A stretch of 63,623 bases of DNA, the filler included, from Octopus bimaculoides (lineage: Eukaryota): the NCBI RefSeq assembly GCF_001194135.2. It is 8 parts of 7 records of this genome, joined end to end, with 100 filler letters (N's around TTAATTAATTAA, not from the genome) between each part and the next. Parts side by side here need not be neighbours in the genome. Positions count along the whole stretch, not along the records: positions 44,481 to 58,539 come from NC_068997.1; positions 58,640 to 61,918 come from NC_068983.1; 6 more parts are not named here. One strand, 5' to 3'. Position numbers and translations under genes: made by a program. Under the pieces are notes generated by a model, which worked only from the letters and a program-made list of their open reading frames with translations, searched no databases and was not told the origin of the DNA. Every line of letters begins with the position of its first letter. The stretch's first letter is position 1. Below, piece by piece: positions 49,305-61,918 of the stretch.

Positions 49305-51184
49305 CTGTAAAGGATCCGTCCAAATGATTAATGCTAAAACTTTAGTTTTGCACAGACATCTCCCCCTTTCTCTCCCTTTCTCTCTCTCTCTCTCTCTCTN
49401 NNNNNNNNNNNNNNNNNNNNNNNNNNNNNNNNNNNNNNNNNNNNNNNNNNNNNNNNNNNNNNNNNNNNNNNNNNNNNNNNNNNNNNNNNNNNNNNNNNNN
49501 NNNNNNNNNNNNNNNNNNNNNNNNCGCCACACAGCAGGTAGAAGAAAAGCTATCACATTATAAGAATCTTTGTTATGTGAATGACGAAAAATCCAAAGAA
49601 CAAAAAAAAGCATGAAAATAATTACGGGATTGGCAAATCTACACAAAAATCAAAATGCGACTGATTAAAATCACTGAAGAGTATCCATTTTACTAAATAT
49701 ACAGAAATACAATTTACGCAACACAAAATCTATATATTCATCTGTATTATAAAAGATTTAAAATAAAACAAGTGCAATATATTGGTACATAAAATAACGA
49801 AACAAACAGCCAAGGTAAATGCCACTTGAGCCAAAGCTGAAATCTTTACGTCGGCGATAAGCATGGTAGAAATAGCAACTAAACCCCTTAAACCCCCTGA
49901 TTAGAAAAAAAGAAAAAGCTTTATTAACTCTTGCTCGTATTCTGTTTTTATGTTTGGATGAAATATTCTTAAGACAATGTTTTTAAACGGGTGCTAGATA
50001 CGGAAATATTTACAGCTAATTGTTACTCGGACCAGATGATGTCGTCTTAAACGGAAGCAGTTACACTGGATGCACAAAAATAATAGAAACAATATATGTT
50101 TGATCCTGATGAGCTTTGCAGCGGGTGCTACTGTGGTTACAGGCATATTACAGCTGAAAGGTTAAGAAGCTTTCTTCCAAATAATGCGGCTATGTGTTCA
50201 GTCTGAATGCACAGCATTTTGGACAAGTGTCTTCTACTACAGCTACGATCTGACCAAAATTTGGGATTGATTTCGGTAGGTGTCGTATATTCATATATAC
50301 GTGTGCGGGCGTGTGGGCGTGCATGTACATATAGATACATATACACATGTACGTGTATGTGTCGTTTATATATATATATATATATNNNNNNNNNNNNNNN
50401 NNNNNNNNNNNNNNNNNNNNNNNNNNNNNNNNNNNNNNNNNNNNNNNNNNNNNNNNNNNNNNNNNNNNNNNNNNNNNNNNNNNNNNNNNNNNNNNNNNNN
50501 NNNNNNNNNNNNNNNNNNNNNNNNNNNNNNNNNNNNNNNNNNNNNNNNNNNNNNNNNNNNNNNNNNNNNNNNNNNNNNNNNNNNNNNNNNNNNNNNNNNN
50601 NNNNNNNNNNNNNNNNNNNNNNNNNNNNNNNNNNNNNNNNNNNNNNNNNNNNNNNNNNNNNNNNNNNNNNNNNNNNNNNNNNNNNNNNNNNNNNNNNNNN
50701 NNNNNNNNNNNNNNNNNNNNNNNNNNNNNNNNNNNNNNNNNNNNNNNNNNNNNNNNNNNNNNNNNNNNNNNNNNNNNNNNNNNNNNNNNNNNNNNNNNNN
50801 NNNNNNNNNNNNNNNNNNNNNNNNNNNNNNNNNNNNNNNNNNNNNNNNNNNNNNNNNNNNNNNNNNNNNNNNNNNNNNNNNNNNNNNNNNNNNNNNNNNN
50901 NNNNNNNATATATATATATATATATACATATACACACATACATCGTGTAAAGACGTAGTTCGTATTAATACGTTCACCGTAATGCGCAACACTGAGATCT
51001 TTTCAAAAAATGAGATCACACGAAGGATGATTAAACGGTCCAGATCTTTCAAATGGAAATCAGAGAAATTTAGTGCATACATCCACACATAAGTACGTGT
51101 GTGTGTGTGTGTGTGTGTGTAGATAGATATAGATATAAATATATAGACTGATTGATCAATAGAGAGACAGACAGAGGGATCGTC

Positions 51185-51223
<39 letters not shown>

Positions 51224-51645
51224 TAGATAAGTGCGTATGTGCGAATGTGAGCCACATTTATTTGTATTATCGTATGGATAATCATCTAAAGAATATAAAT
51301 GAAATTGCAGTCAATCTCGACGTCACTTGTCTACCAGTAAGACGAATTAGTAGTTAATATAAGTGACGATGCTAACACTAAGTGGAGAGCTAATTTTGGC
51401 TGAGCTAAAATTAAATACAAATCCAAGATTATGAGTCATTTTCTTTCTTTGTAATATATAACAACCACACCCATAGAGCCGATGTTTATTCCTTTCTGTC
51501 CTATTTCCCATCCCGCGCCTTTCTACCTCATCCGCCACACCCTTGCATCACCTCCATTAACCTCTCAACATCTTACATCTCTATCGTTCCATAACTTTTT
51601 TCTTCTTCTTCATATGGTGTTTTTAACATCAGTCTATCTCTCTCT

Positions 51646-51695
<50 letters not shown>

Positions 51696-52884
51696 TCTCT
51701 CTTTATCATTCTCCCCTCACCCCATCTCTCTCTCCTTCTCACCCCCTCTCTCTCTCTCTCTGTCTTTTTCTCTCTCTACCGCACGCACTCTTCTTTCACA
51801 TCTTTCCAGATTTGTCTTGAGTTCCTGTTTTTTTTTTTCCTTCATATTTTTATTACGCTTTCTTTAATTCTATCGTTCTTCCCCCACCCCCACCCCTTAT
51901 TCCACTTCTTCTGTGGTTTGTTGCCGTTTTTGTTGCTGATGCAGTTTTTGTTGTTTTGGTGCTGTTGTTGTTTTCGTTCTTCATCTTCTGTTTCTCAATT
52001 CTATCATTTGTTCTTTCCTCTGCTTTCTTCTTTTCATTAGATGTTTTTTTTTTTTGTTCTTACAGTCTTTTCTCTGTGAATCTAGCCAAAATTCTTGTTA
52101 TCACTACTCACATATACATATAGATGTGTGTGTGTGCATGTATATATATATATATATATANNNNNNNNNNNNNNNNNNNNNNNNNNNNNNNNNNNNNNNN
52201 NNNNNNNNNNNNNNNNNNNNNNNNNNNNNNNNNNNNNNNNNNNNNNNNNNNNNNNNNNNNNNNNNNNNNNNNNNNNNNNNNNNNNNNNNNNNNNNNNNNN
52301 NNNNNNNNNNNNNNNNNNNNNNNNNNNNNNNNNNNNNNNNNNNNNNNNNNNNNNNNNNNNNNNNNNNNNNNNNNNNNNNNNNNNNNNNNNNNNNNNNNNN
52401 NNNNNNNNNNNNNNNNNNNNNNNNNNNNNNNNNNNNNNNNNNNNNNNNNNNNNNNNNNNNNNNNNNNNNNNNNNNNNNNNNNNNNNNNNNNNNNNNNNNN
52501 NNNNNNNNNNNNNNNNNNNNNNNNNNNNNNNNNNNNNNNNNNNNNNNNNNNNNNNNNNNNNNNNNNNNNNNNNNNNNNNNNNNNNNNNNNNNNNNNNNNN
52601 NNNNNNNNNNNNNNNNNNNNNNNNNNNNNNNNNNNNNNNNNNNNNNNNNNNNNNNNNNNNNNNNNNNNNNNNNNNNNNNNNNNNNNNNNNNNNNNNNNNN
52701 NNNNNNNNNNNNNNNNNNNNNNNNNNNNNNNNNNNNNNNNNNNNNNNNNNNNNNNNNNNNNNNNNNNNNNNNNNNNNNNNNNNNNNNNNNNNNNNNNNNN
52801 NNNNNNNNNNNNNNNNNNNNNNNNNNNNNNNNNNNNNNNNNNNNNNNNNNNNNNNNNNNNNNNNNNNNNNNNNNNNNNNNNNNN

Positions 52885-52919
<35 letters not shown>

Positions 52920-54454
52920 CATACACATGCTCATATATGTATTTACACACACGCATGCACACTGATACACTCACCTAAGTGCATAAGTGTTCTGCAGTAT
53001 TCCTGTATCGTACTTGTAGCATTATAGTCATATGTTCTCAGATGTCACTTTACATACAGTCAAATACATGGTTGGTAACACACACGTTATTTATATGAAC
53101 TTATACTGTATACTGCAGGCGGTAAATTGGCAAAATCGTTAGATCTTCCAATGTAATGGATGCTAGTATTTTTTTTCCGTCAGAGTTAACTTTATTCTTT
53201 AATATGCGTGTGTGTACGTATATATAGAAATAAATTTACATATCCTTACGGCTTTAAATAGTAGCTTTGTATGTTTCTTTTCGTGTAGATTCCCCTCTCA
53301 CCCAATTTACTAAAATTCAAACTGTGATAGGATTATCGTTAAAGAGACAGCTGCATGGCAAATGATTCTGAATTCAAGATGCTTTACTTATCCAATTGAG
53401 GGAAGTTCACAAATGACAATAAATGAGATGAGATGGAGACGAATTAAGTGACTCAATTCTAATTTTAAGTTTTCTGTTTTTTAAATGTTTAGCAATATAT
53501 TTTATATAAGCGGAATTCAAAGAAGTATAAATTTTAAAAAATAACTATCGCTGCAATATTAATTCTAATAAATATTTTTCACGTTCAGTACAAACGTCAT
53601 AGAGTAGATCTCTAATATGGACCAATAAAAACTGAGTCACCCGACTACGGTCACGTGATGCCAAATAATGAATGCCTTTTGTGCGTTTCCACAGCTGCTC
53701 GGCCGTTTGCGATTAACTTCCTCTCTACTTATTTCTGAGTGCATTTGGTGGCTCTGCACGTCGTCTTGCTTCACACTCTTTCATCCTGGACGTCTAACAT
53801 ACACTTTTTACAGATCGGTCGGTGTAGACTTTCTCGACTTAGGCCGACGTTGACGTGTCAGTTTATAATGGTGATTTGTAAAACTGTGACATTAGTACCA
53901 CATAGCAACAGATTCTACCTATTATTCAGCACCTTGAAATTGGTATCGCCAGCTTATACCAAAATGGCCTAGTTCATCCGACATGTTTGTCAATGCATCT
54001 AACTTGAACAGCTCAAGGGCTTGAACATGAAGAAAATGATAGAAGCACGTCCTTAAACTATTAAGAATGTAAATCACAAGATTTCCCATGGGTTGCCATA
54101 TCCTTTCACCATTACGCCCAATCCGTTGTATGATCACGTTATCTCTCTTCTGTAAAGGAGACCTAAATTGGCTGCACTAGCACCGATTGGGGGTAGGTTC
54201 ACCTTGTTATGTGCATCTCAAAAAAGATTCCTTGAATCTCACATGTCTGCGCCCCTAACCACACTGCTGTAGTTATGATATTTGACAGCTTAGAGGACGG
54301 CCATGCGAACTGGCCGTTGTACAATTACTGACAGATATTGTCAATTATCAAACTGTTGCAAAACTCTATATTTTTCTTCAAAGTGATTAAGTGGATCTTT
54401 ATTGTATACTATCCTACTCTTTGACTGTGTGGTCGTTGGGGGCATTAGTTTATG

Positions 54455-54760
54455 ATGTTACTGCCAGATATCGCCACTGTCTTCGATCTTCTGCTGCTCT
54501 TTGAGTCAGCAAAATGTAAAGCCTTTCTACCCTTTGATGCTACAAGTTCATCTTTTCATTGGTCTGCCTTGCATTCGTCCAACTTTCATATAGTGTCTTG
54601 CAGGAGTGTCTTTTTTAGGCCGGGGTTTATTTTGACATGGCTGTATTATTTCAATTACCTTATCTTTACAACTGTCAACAGATCCTTCTGTGGTCCGAGA
54701 AGTTGGATTTTTATCATTCTCACTTCAAGCTAGACACCAAAACACACAACCATCTAACTG
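54455..54760 (-). mobile_element. highly decayed RTE-like LINE ORF2 C-terminus
   Basis: Minus-strand peptides KVGRMQGRPMKR* and RAAEDRRQWRYL match the RTE C-terminal G.R..GRP.KRW and A.DR..WR.L motifs. Confidence 0.55.
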
Positions 54761-55353
54761 TAAATAACTCCAAACATTTCGGTCAATTCCTGCTGGGAAA
54801 ACTGCACACGTCTGCCTAAAATTACACTGTACACATCCATCGTGGTTTATCAAAGAGTTAATTGAAAATCTCAATGTGTATCAACACCTTTGCCACTCGA
54901 GAACGTTGAACGGTTTTGGTGCCTTTTGGCTAAGAGCACGTGCCTTAGCTCAGACATCATACAGCCCAGTGGGATGAAAACATATAAAATAAACAGGAGG
55001 AACTGACTGCTACTCGGTATTTATGCCACGCCCCATCTAAATATAACAAAGATAACTTAACTAGAGAACTGCTTATTCGCTTCATGTGGCTCAGATACAA
55101 GAAATATTAGATTAGACAACGAAGCAAATTTTGTAACACAATCTTACATATATACAACTATATCTTGAGGAAAATCGGTCGAAATAAGCTTTTTAAAATA
55201 ATTGAAGTAATTTGAAATTACTCAAACCAAACAGTTTTTCTCTCTTTTTCTCCTTTGTCTTTCTTTCTCTTTCTCTATTTGATTTTCCCAGTTAATTTCA
55301 CTTTGCCCATGTACATATGCATGTTTCATAGTGTATATATATATATATATATA

Positions 55354-55756
55354 GGCGTAGGAGTGGCTGTGTGGTAAGTAGCTTGCTTACCAACCACATG
55401 GTCCCGGGTTCAGTCTCACTGCGTGGCATCTTGGGCAAGTGTCTTCTACTATAGCCTCGAGCCGACCAAAGCCTTGTGAGTGGATTTGGTAGNNNNNNNN
55501 NNAAGAAGCCCGTCGTATGTATGTATATATATATGTATGTGTGTATGTGTTTGTGTGTCTGTCTTTGTCCCCCTAACATCGCTTGACAACCGATGCTGGT
55601 GTGTGTATGTCCCCGTAACTTAGCGGTTCGGCAAAAGAGACCGATAGAATAAGTACTAGGCTTCTAAAGAATAAGTCCTGGGGTCGATTTGCTTGACTAA
55701 AGGTGGTGCTCCAGCATGGCCACAGTCAAACGACTGAAACAAGTAAAATAGTAAAA
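55354..55756 (+). mobile_element. SINE family A, full-length reference copy (tRNA head + CORE-like domain + microsatellite + 3' module)
   Basis: A-box-like TGGCTGTGTGG, B-box-like GGGTTCAGTCTC and CORE-like CATCTTGGGCAAGTG (compare MIR ACCTTGGGCAAGT), ending GACTGAAACAAGTAAAA. Confidence 0.93.
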
Positions 55757-55809
55757 AAAAAAATAGATATATGTATATATATATCTATATAGATAGATAG
55801 ATAGATAGA

Positions 55810-56048
55810 AATGCGGCGAGCTGGCAGAAACGTTAGCACGCCAGGCGAAAGGCTTAACGGTATTTCGTCTGCCGTTCGTTACGTTCTGAGTTCAAATTCC
55901 ACCGAGGTCAACTTTGCTTTCATCCTCTCGGAGTCAATAAATTAAGTACCAGTTGTGCACTGGCGTCGATGTAATCGACTTAATCCCTTTTGTTTGTCCT
56001 TGTTTGTCCTCTCTTTGTTTAGCCCCTTGCGGGCAATAAAGAAATAAG
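55810..56048 (+). mobile_element. SINE family B, full length
   Basis: Head GCGGCGAGCTGGCAGAAACGTTAGC, B box GAGTTCAAATTCC, Nin/Deu-like GAGGTCAACTTTGCTTTTCATCCTCTCGGAGTCAATAAATTAAGTACCAG and tail AATAAAGAAATAAG. Confidence 0.92.
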
Positions 56049-56688
56049 ATATGCATCTCTATATGTATGCATATGTATGAACGTATGTACGTATGTATGT
56101 ACGTATTGCCACTTCAATTTCACGGTACTATAGTCATTAGAACTGCTGTTCCTATAATTTGGGCTTTTTAATACGTGTTGAAACGTGTTCGTTCTTTGAA
56201 TGGGTGTCTATTTCATCGGTCTCTTTCTAAAAGTTGTTTATGAAGTTATTGTCTATAAATATCCTTGTATCATTTGATAAATCGTTTGCAGTTTTAGTTT
56301 CATTAGTCATCCACAGTATAATTCCCAGATTGTCAACAAGCCAGTAACGCATGTGTTTTGTATTTATATGGGGATATCACTTTCCATTGACGATCTCTCT
56401 ATTTGCTTTGGCTCTATTAGTCGCTTTACTAATTGCAAAGTGTGTTGTTTTATTTTAAACCATACCCTGTTTTGCGACTTACTTGTTGTATATCGCTTTT
56501 CATTGGGTTGTCAGGGAGTTATGTTCTATCTGCCTCTCGTAATATCTCATTCCACGTCTAGTCGAAGTTTATACTTGTATATTGTTTAGGCTAAATTTAG
56601 TGACTCGTAACAAAACACTTCCTTAACACTAATCAACAAATATTTCACAACCGACCATTAATGAAAGAACGCGTTTCATATTCCTGTG

Positions 56689-56922
56689 TTATTTCTTTAC
56701 TACCCACAAGGGGCTACACACAGAGGGGACAAACAAAGACAGACAAACGGATTAAGTCGATTATATCGACCCCAGTGCGTAACTGGTACTTATTTAATCG
56801 ACCCCGAAAGGATGAAAGGCAAAGTCGACCTCGGCGGAATTTGAACTCAGAACGTAGCGGCAGACGAAATACCGCTAAGCATTTCGCCCGGCGTGCTAAC
56901 GTTTCTGCCAGCTCGCCGCCTT
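56689..56922 (-). mobile_element. SINE family B, full length, consensus-like (young)
   Basis: Reverse complement of the element above with CpGs retained. Confidence 0.95.
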
Positions 56923-57268
56923 GTAAGTGTATACACATACACGCGCTCGCGCGCATGTGCATATATATTTGAATTTCGGTTGAATATTGAAAAAAATAGC
57001 ATGTTAGTCAACCGTAGATTTCAGGATCTCATTTTTAAAATGAATTTATCGTAGAATCTCAAACGTGACATCACGATTGCAGGATGTCTTCTGTTATTCG
57101 TTGCGTAATTAATTGGCATTAATCTGCAGAGATCATGTGCAATATTCCGGAGACATATAAATGAAATGGGGGACAACATATCACCCCTCGGTTTATCAGT
57201 TGCTATATATGTGCGTGTATACACACACACGCACGCACGCACGTATCTACATGTATATATATAAATAA

Positions 57269-57313
<45 letters not shown>

Positions 57314-58208
57314 ATATTAGTGGANNNNNNNNNNNNNNNNNNNNNNNNNNNNNNNNNNNNNNNNNNNNNNNNNNNNNNNNNNNNNNNNNNNNNNNNNNNN
57401 NNNNNNNNNNNNNNNNNNNNNNNNNNNNNNNNNNNNNNNNNNNNNNNNNNNNNNNNNNNNNNNNNNNNNNNNNNNNNNNNNNNNNNNNNNNNNNNNNNNN
57501 NNNNNNNNNNNNNNNNNNNNNNNNNNNNNNNNNNNNNNNNNNNNNNNNNNNNNNNNNNNNNNNNNNNNNNNNNNNNNNNNNNNNNNNNNNNNNNNNNNNN
57601 NNNNNNNNNNNNNNNNNNNNNNNNNNNNNNNNNNNNNNNNNNNNNNNNNNNNNNNNNNNNNNNNNNNNNNNNNNNNNNNNNNNNNNNNNNNNNNNNNNNN
57701 NNNNNNNNNNNNNNNNNNNNNNNNNNNNNNNNNNNNNNNNNNATATATATGTATATAAATATATATAATCCATTGTAATCCTTCTGTACAAACATCGCTT
57801 TAGCGTCCAATTAATGTACATCATAATTGATACTATCTGTAACTTCTTGTTTATATTATTTGTATTTGTATATAATGCATACGTATATGAATTTAATTTT
57901 CTGGAATTCATATCTATTTTAGGAGAATGGTATAAAGAATGGTATAAAAAAAAAATGTTACGCTTTTCGTTCGTGTATTATTATTTTTATCTTTTTATCT
58001 ATACTGTGTTTGTCGCTGTCGGTAAGATTTATAATTCTTTGAAATCTGAAGAAAATTCTAGGAGGATGTTGCAGAAGAAATGTCATGGCCATGTTTTCGT
58101 CAATTACTTAAACCTTCATAAAAGCAACGCAAAAATTACAAGTAAATCTACCTGCATTTACCCGTCAAATTACGTCAGCTTCCAAATGTCTGTCCTAAAT
58201 TTCCTTAC

Positions 58209-58245
58209 ATCCATCCTAGCTTCCGAATCTAGGTCGGGCCAATCC
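58209..58245 (-). CDS. candidate 37-nt exon
   Basis: Two CTAAC branch-like motifs, then CTTTACCAAAG|G GAT TGG CCC GAC CTA GAT TCG GAA GCT AGG ATG GAT|GTAAGG, giving DWPDLDSEARMD (phase 2 to 0). Confidence 0.38.
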
Positions 58246-58844
58246 CTTTGGTAAAGCGTTAGAACGTTAGAGGGTTTGGTTTGGTTTGGGTGTTTGGGGT
58301 GGTTCATAAAAGAAATGATGGGATCAGACAAGTCTTACTGGGTGGCCCCCTTCTACAGCACAGCACATATTTAAACAAATCTATTGGGGATTAATGCTTG
58401 ATGTCTGATGCAAGATGTGAAAAGGAATAAATACATTACGATGCCACAAACACATGGTGCCTATAAGTAAAGACAAAGACACACACAGACTCGCACAAAT
58501 GTATATGCTTGCATACATATATATATATATATATATATANNNNNNNNNNNNNNNNNNNNNNNNNNNNNNNNNNNNNNNNNNNNTTAATTAATTAANNNNN
58601 NNNNNNNNNNNNNNNNNNNNNNNNNNNNNNNNNNNNNNNTATATATATATGTGTGTGTGTGTGTGTGTTGTATATATATGTATGTATATATGTATATATG
58701 TATATATGTATATATATATATGTATATATATATGTATATATATATATGTATATATATATATATGTATATATATATATTTGAATATATGTATATATGTATA
58801 TGTATATGTGTATATGTATGTATATATATATGTGTGTGTGTGTG

Positions 58845-58879
<35 letters not shown>

Positions 58880-59080
58880 GTGTGTGTATATATATATCTA
58901 TGTATATATGTGTATGTATATACGTATGTATATATAGATACGTATGTATATATAGATGTGTGTGTGTGTGTGTGTGTGTGTGTTTGTTAATTCATCATAA
59001 ACTATAACTTACAGGATGTATAATCCAAATGTATAATATTCTTTAGTACATATTAACATAAAGATTTCGATCCCCAGTAC

Positions 59081-59153
59081 TCAGAGTAACTCGTTTCCAA
59101 TTCATCAGATGGGAAACCGCGCCTGGTTTTCTTCAGAACTAACGATCCATTGT
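59081..59153 (-). CDS. candidate 73-nt exon
   Basis: Acceptor ...CAAAACCATTCAG| after a long pyrimidine-rich tract. Phase 1 to 2 reads NGSLVLKKTRRGFPSDELETSYS. The donor GA|GTACTG is weak. Confidence 0.3.
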
Positions 59154-59496
59154 CTGAATGGTTTTGAAATACGAAACGAACGTTTGAAAGAAAACAATGA
59201 AACTTCGAATGAAAAATCAAGCACGGTTTACCAGCCGATGATCAGTAAATTCAAACTCCTGGAAATCGAAACCTTTTGGGTTATAATATTCAGACACACA
59301 CACACACATCTTTCTATCTTTATTCTTCTATTTTTTCTTATACAACTACAGGCAAAAATTGAGTTTTTTTAACTGCTCTAATGCATCGTTACTTGTGATT
59401 TTCGTATATATTTTACACACCACAGTATTAAACATACGTTACACTCACACACACAAACACAAATATATAAATACATATATAAGCATATATATTAGT

Positions 59497-59532
<36 letters not shown>

Positions 59533-59542
59533 NNNNNNNNNN

Positions 59543-59575
<33 letters not shown>

Positions 59576-59755
59576 TATATATATATTATATAGGTGTTTA
59601 TATATTTTATGCTCTACGTAGATATATTTGTATATGTATAAATACTCGTCTTTCTGAATATGTTTATATAACTGTTTGTTTGTCTGTCTGTCTGTAAGTG
59701 TTCGTGTGATATGGGAATCTATCTATCTATTCATCTATCTATCTATCTATAATAA

Positions 59756-59793
<38 letters not shown>

Positions 59794-60381
59794 GGATAGT
59801 AGACTGGTTTGTCTTCATTTTCTATCCAAATGGTTTTATGAAACCAATATTTTAAACACTTCTGTTTGTAGCTTCATCTTCGAATTTCACTGTTAAAAAC
59901 ATGTGTGTGTGTGTGTGTGTGTGTGTGTCTGTGTATGTATGTAGGCATGTATGTATGCTAATGTATGTGTATATACATTCTTGTATGTTTGTACACAAGA
60001 GCGGCAAAACTGTGTTTGATAAACCACTGAAAAAAAGGCGTTTACAATCTAGTGTTTATAATAATGATGATGATGATAGTAAGTATAATAATAAAAATAA
60101 TAATGATGATGATAATGTTGATTTTAATTATAATAATAATGATAATAAAGATGATAATTGTAATAATAATAAATTATCTATAAAATAAACATTTCCAAGG
60201 ACAAGACTGATAGTGACATCGAAGTCAGTCGAACTTTTCCTCCTAAAATTTGAATAATTATTTACTCAACATAAACTGTGTAAATCTTCCGTTTATATGG
60301 AAATTAATTTTATATGTATTACTTTTAAGATAAAAAATAATAATGTGTGTGTGTGTGTGTGTGCATGTAAGTAAATAGGTA

Positions 60382-60420
<39 letters not shown>

Positions 60421-60990
60421 ATATATATACACACACAAACATACATATTTAAGCATATATGTCTATATATACGTGTGTGTGTGTGCATGCGTGTGAATGT
60501 ATGAATATATGTATATGTATTTATTATAATTATATATAGAGGGAGAGAGAATATTATAGATATATAAATATGTATATATTTGTATTATATATATATATAT
60601 TTACAAACATACTTGTATGCACACACACACAAACACACACACACACATACATGGATATATTTGAGAATATATTTTGAGAACATATTTTTTATTAACATTT
60701 AACAGAAACAAGTGTGCCTCAAGGACCACGAGTTTCTAGCGTTAGCGCTAAGATACCTATTTTTATGTATATTTATGCATATATAAGTATAAATATGTGT
60801 ATACTTAAATATGTATATATATATGCATATATATGTGTGTGTTTATATATATATATATATACATGTATGTATATATACACACTCACACACAAAAGCATAT
60901 ATATATACACACATTAAATGTAGTTTTATACAAGCACACACGCTCATATGTTCCCTCATTGGAAGGAATATCTGTAAAGACATTGTTTTA

Positions 60991-61030
<40 letters not shown>

Positions 61031-61191
61031 ACATATAAATGATAGAAAATGGAATTCATGATAGTCTTTATTTAAAATCTTTACAACTCTTTCAACACAT
61101 TCATTCGTACACCTGTAGTATATAGGTGAGGTGTGCAATCACCTTCCATCGAAGGTGTAAAATGCGACCCTACTCTTATTTCGTTTATCCA

Positions 61192-61248
<57 letters not shown>

Positions 61249-61249
61249 G

Positions 61250-61295
<46 letters not shown>

Positions 61296-61331
61296 TATAT
61301 GTATATGTATATGTATATATGTGTATATATA

Positions 61332-61696
61332 GGCGTGGCTGCGTGCTAGGTAGCTTACTTGCCAAACACATGGTTCTGGGTTCTGTCCCACTGCGTGGCA
61401 CTTTGGGCAAGTGTCTTCTATAGCCACGGGTCGACCAAAGCCTTGTGAGAGTATTTGGTAGACGGAAACTGAAGGAAGCCCGTCGTATGTGTGTGTGTGT
61501 GTGTGTGCTTGTGCCCCCAACAACGCTTGACAACTGATGTTGGTGTATTTATGTCCCCGTAACCTAGCGGTTCGGCAAAAAAAACACGATAGAATATGTA
61601 CTAGGCTAACAAAGAATAAGTCCTGGGGTCGCTTTGTTTGACTAAAGGCGCTGCTCCAGCATGGCCGCAGTCAAATGACTGAAACAAGTAAAAGAA
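61332..61696 (+). mobile_element. SINE family A, full length
   Basis: Colinear with 55354-55756. Confidence 0.93.
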
Positions 61697-61700
61697 TGTG

Positions 61701-61731
<31 letters not shown>

Positions 61732-61732
61732 T

Positions 61733-61918
61733 GGCATTTCGTCGGTTGCGACGACGAGGGTTCCAGTTGATCCGATCAACGGAACAGCCTGCTCGTGAAA
61801 TTAACGCGAAAGTGGCTGAGCACTCCACAGACACGTGTACCCTTAACGTAGTTCTCGAGGAGATTCAGTGTGACACAGAGTGTGACAAGGCTGGTCCTTT
61901 GAAATACAGGTAAAACAG
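61733..61918 (-). mobile_element. SINE family C, 3' part
   Basis: Nearly identical to 10913-11100. Confidence 0.9.

Noticed and set aside
55354-55430. tRNA genes at A/B-box-like sequences
   Set aside because: No acceptor stem or complete cloverleaf is visible, and each continues into a SINE body repeated many times.
57814-58254. 146-aa plus-strand ORF
   Set aside because: The first half is low-complexity T-rich sequence giving F/Y/I bias and no recognisable motif. The better splice evidence in this interval is on the minus strand.
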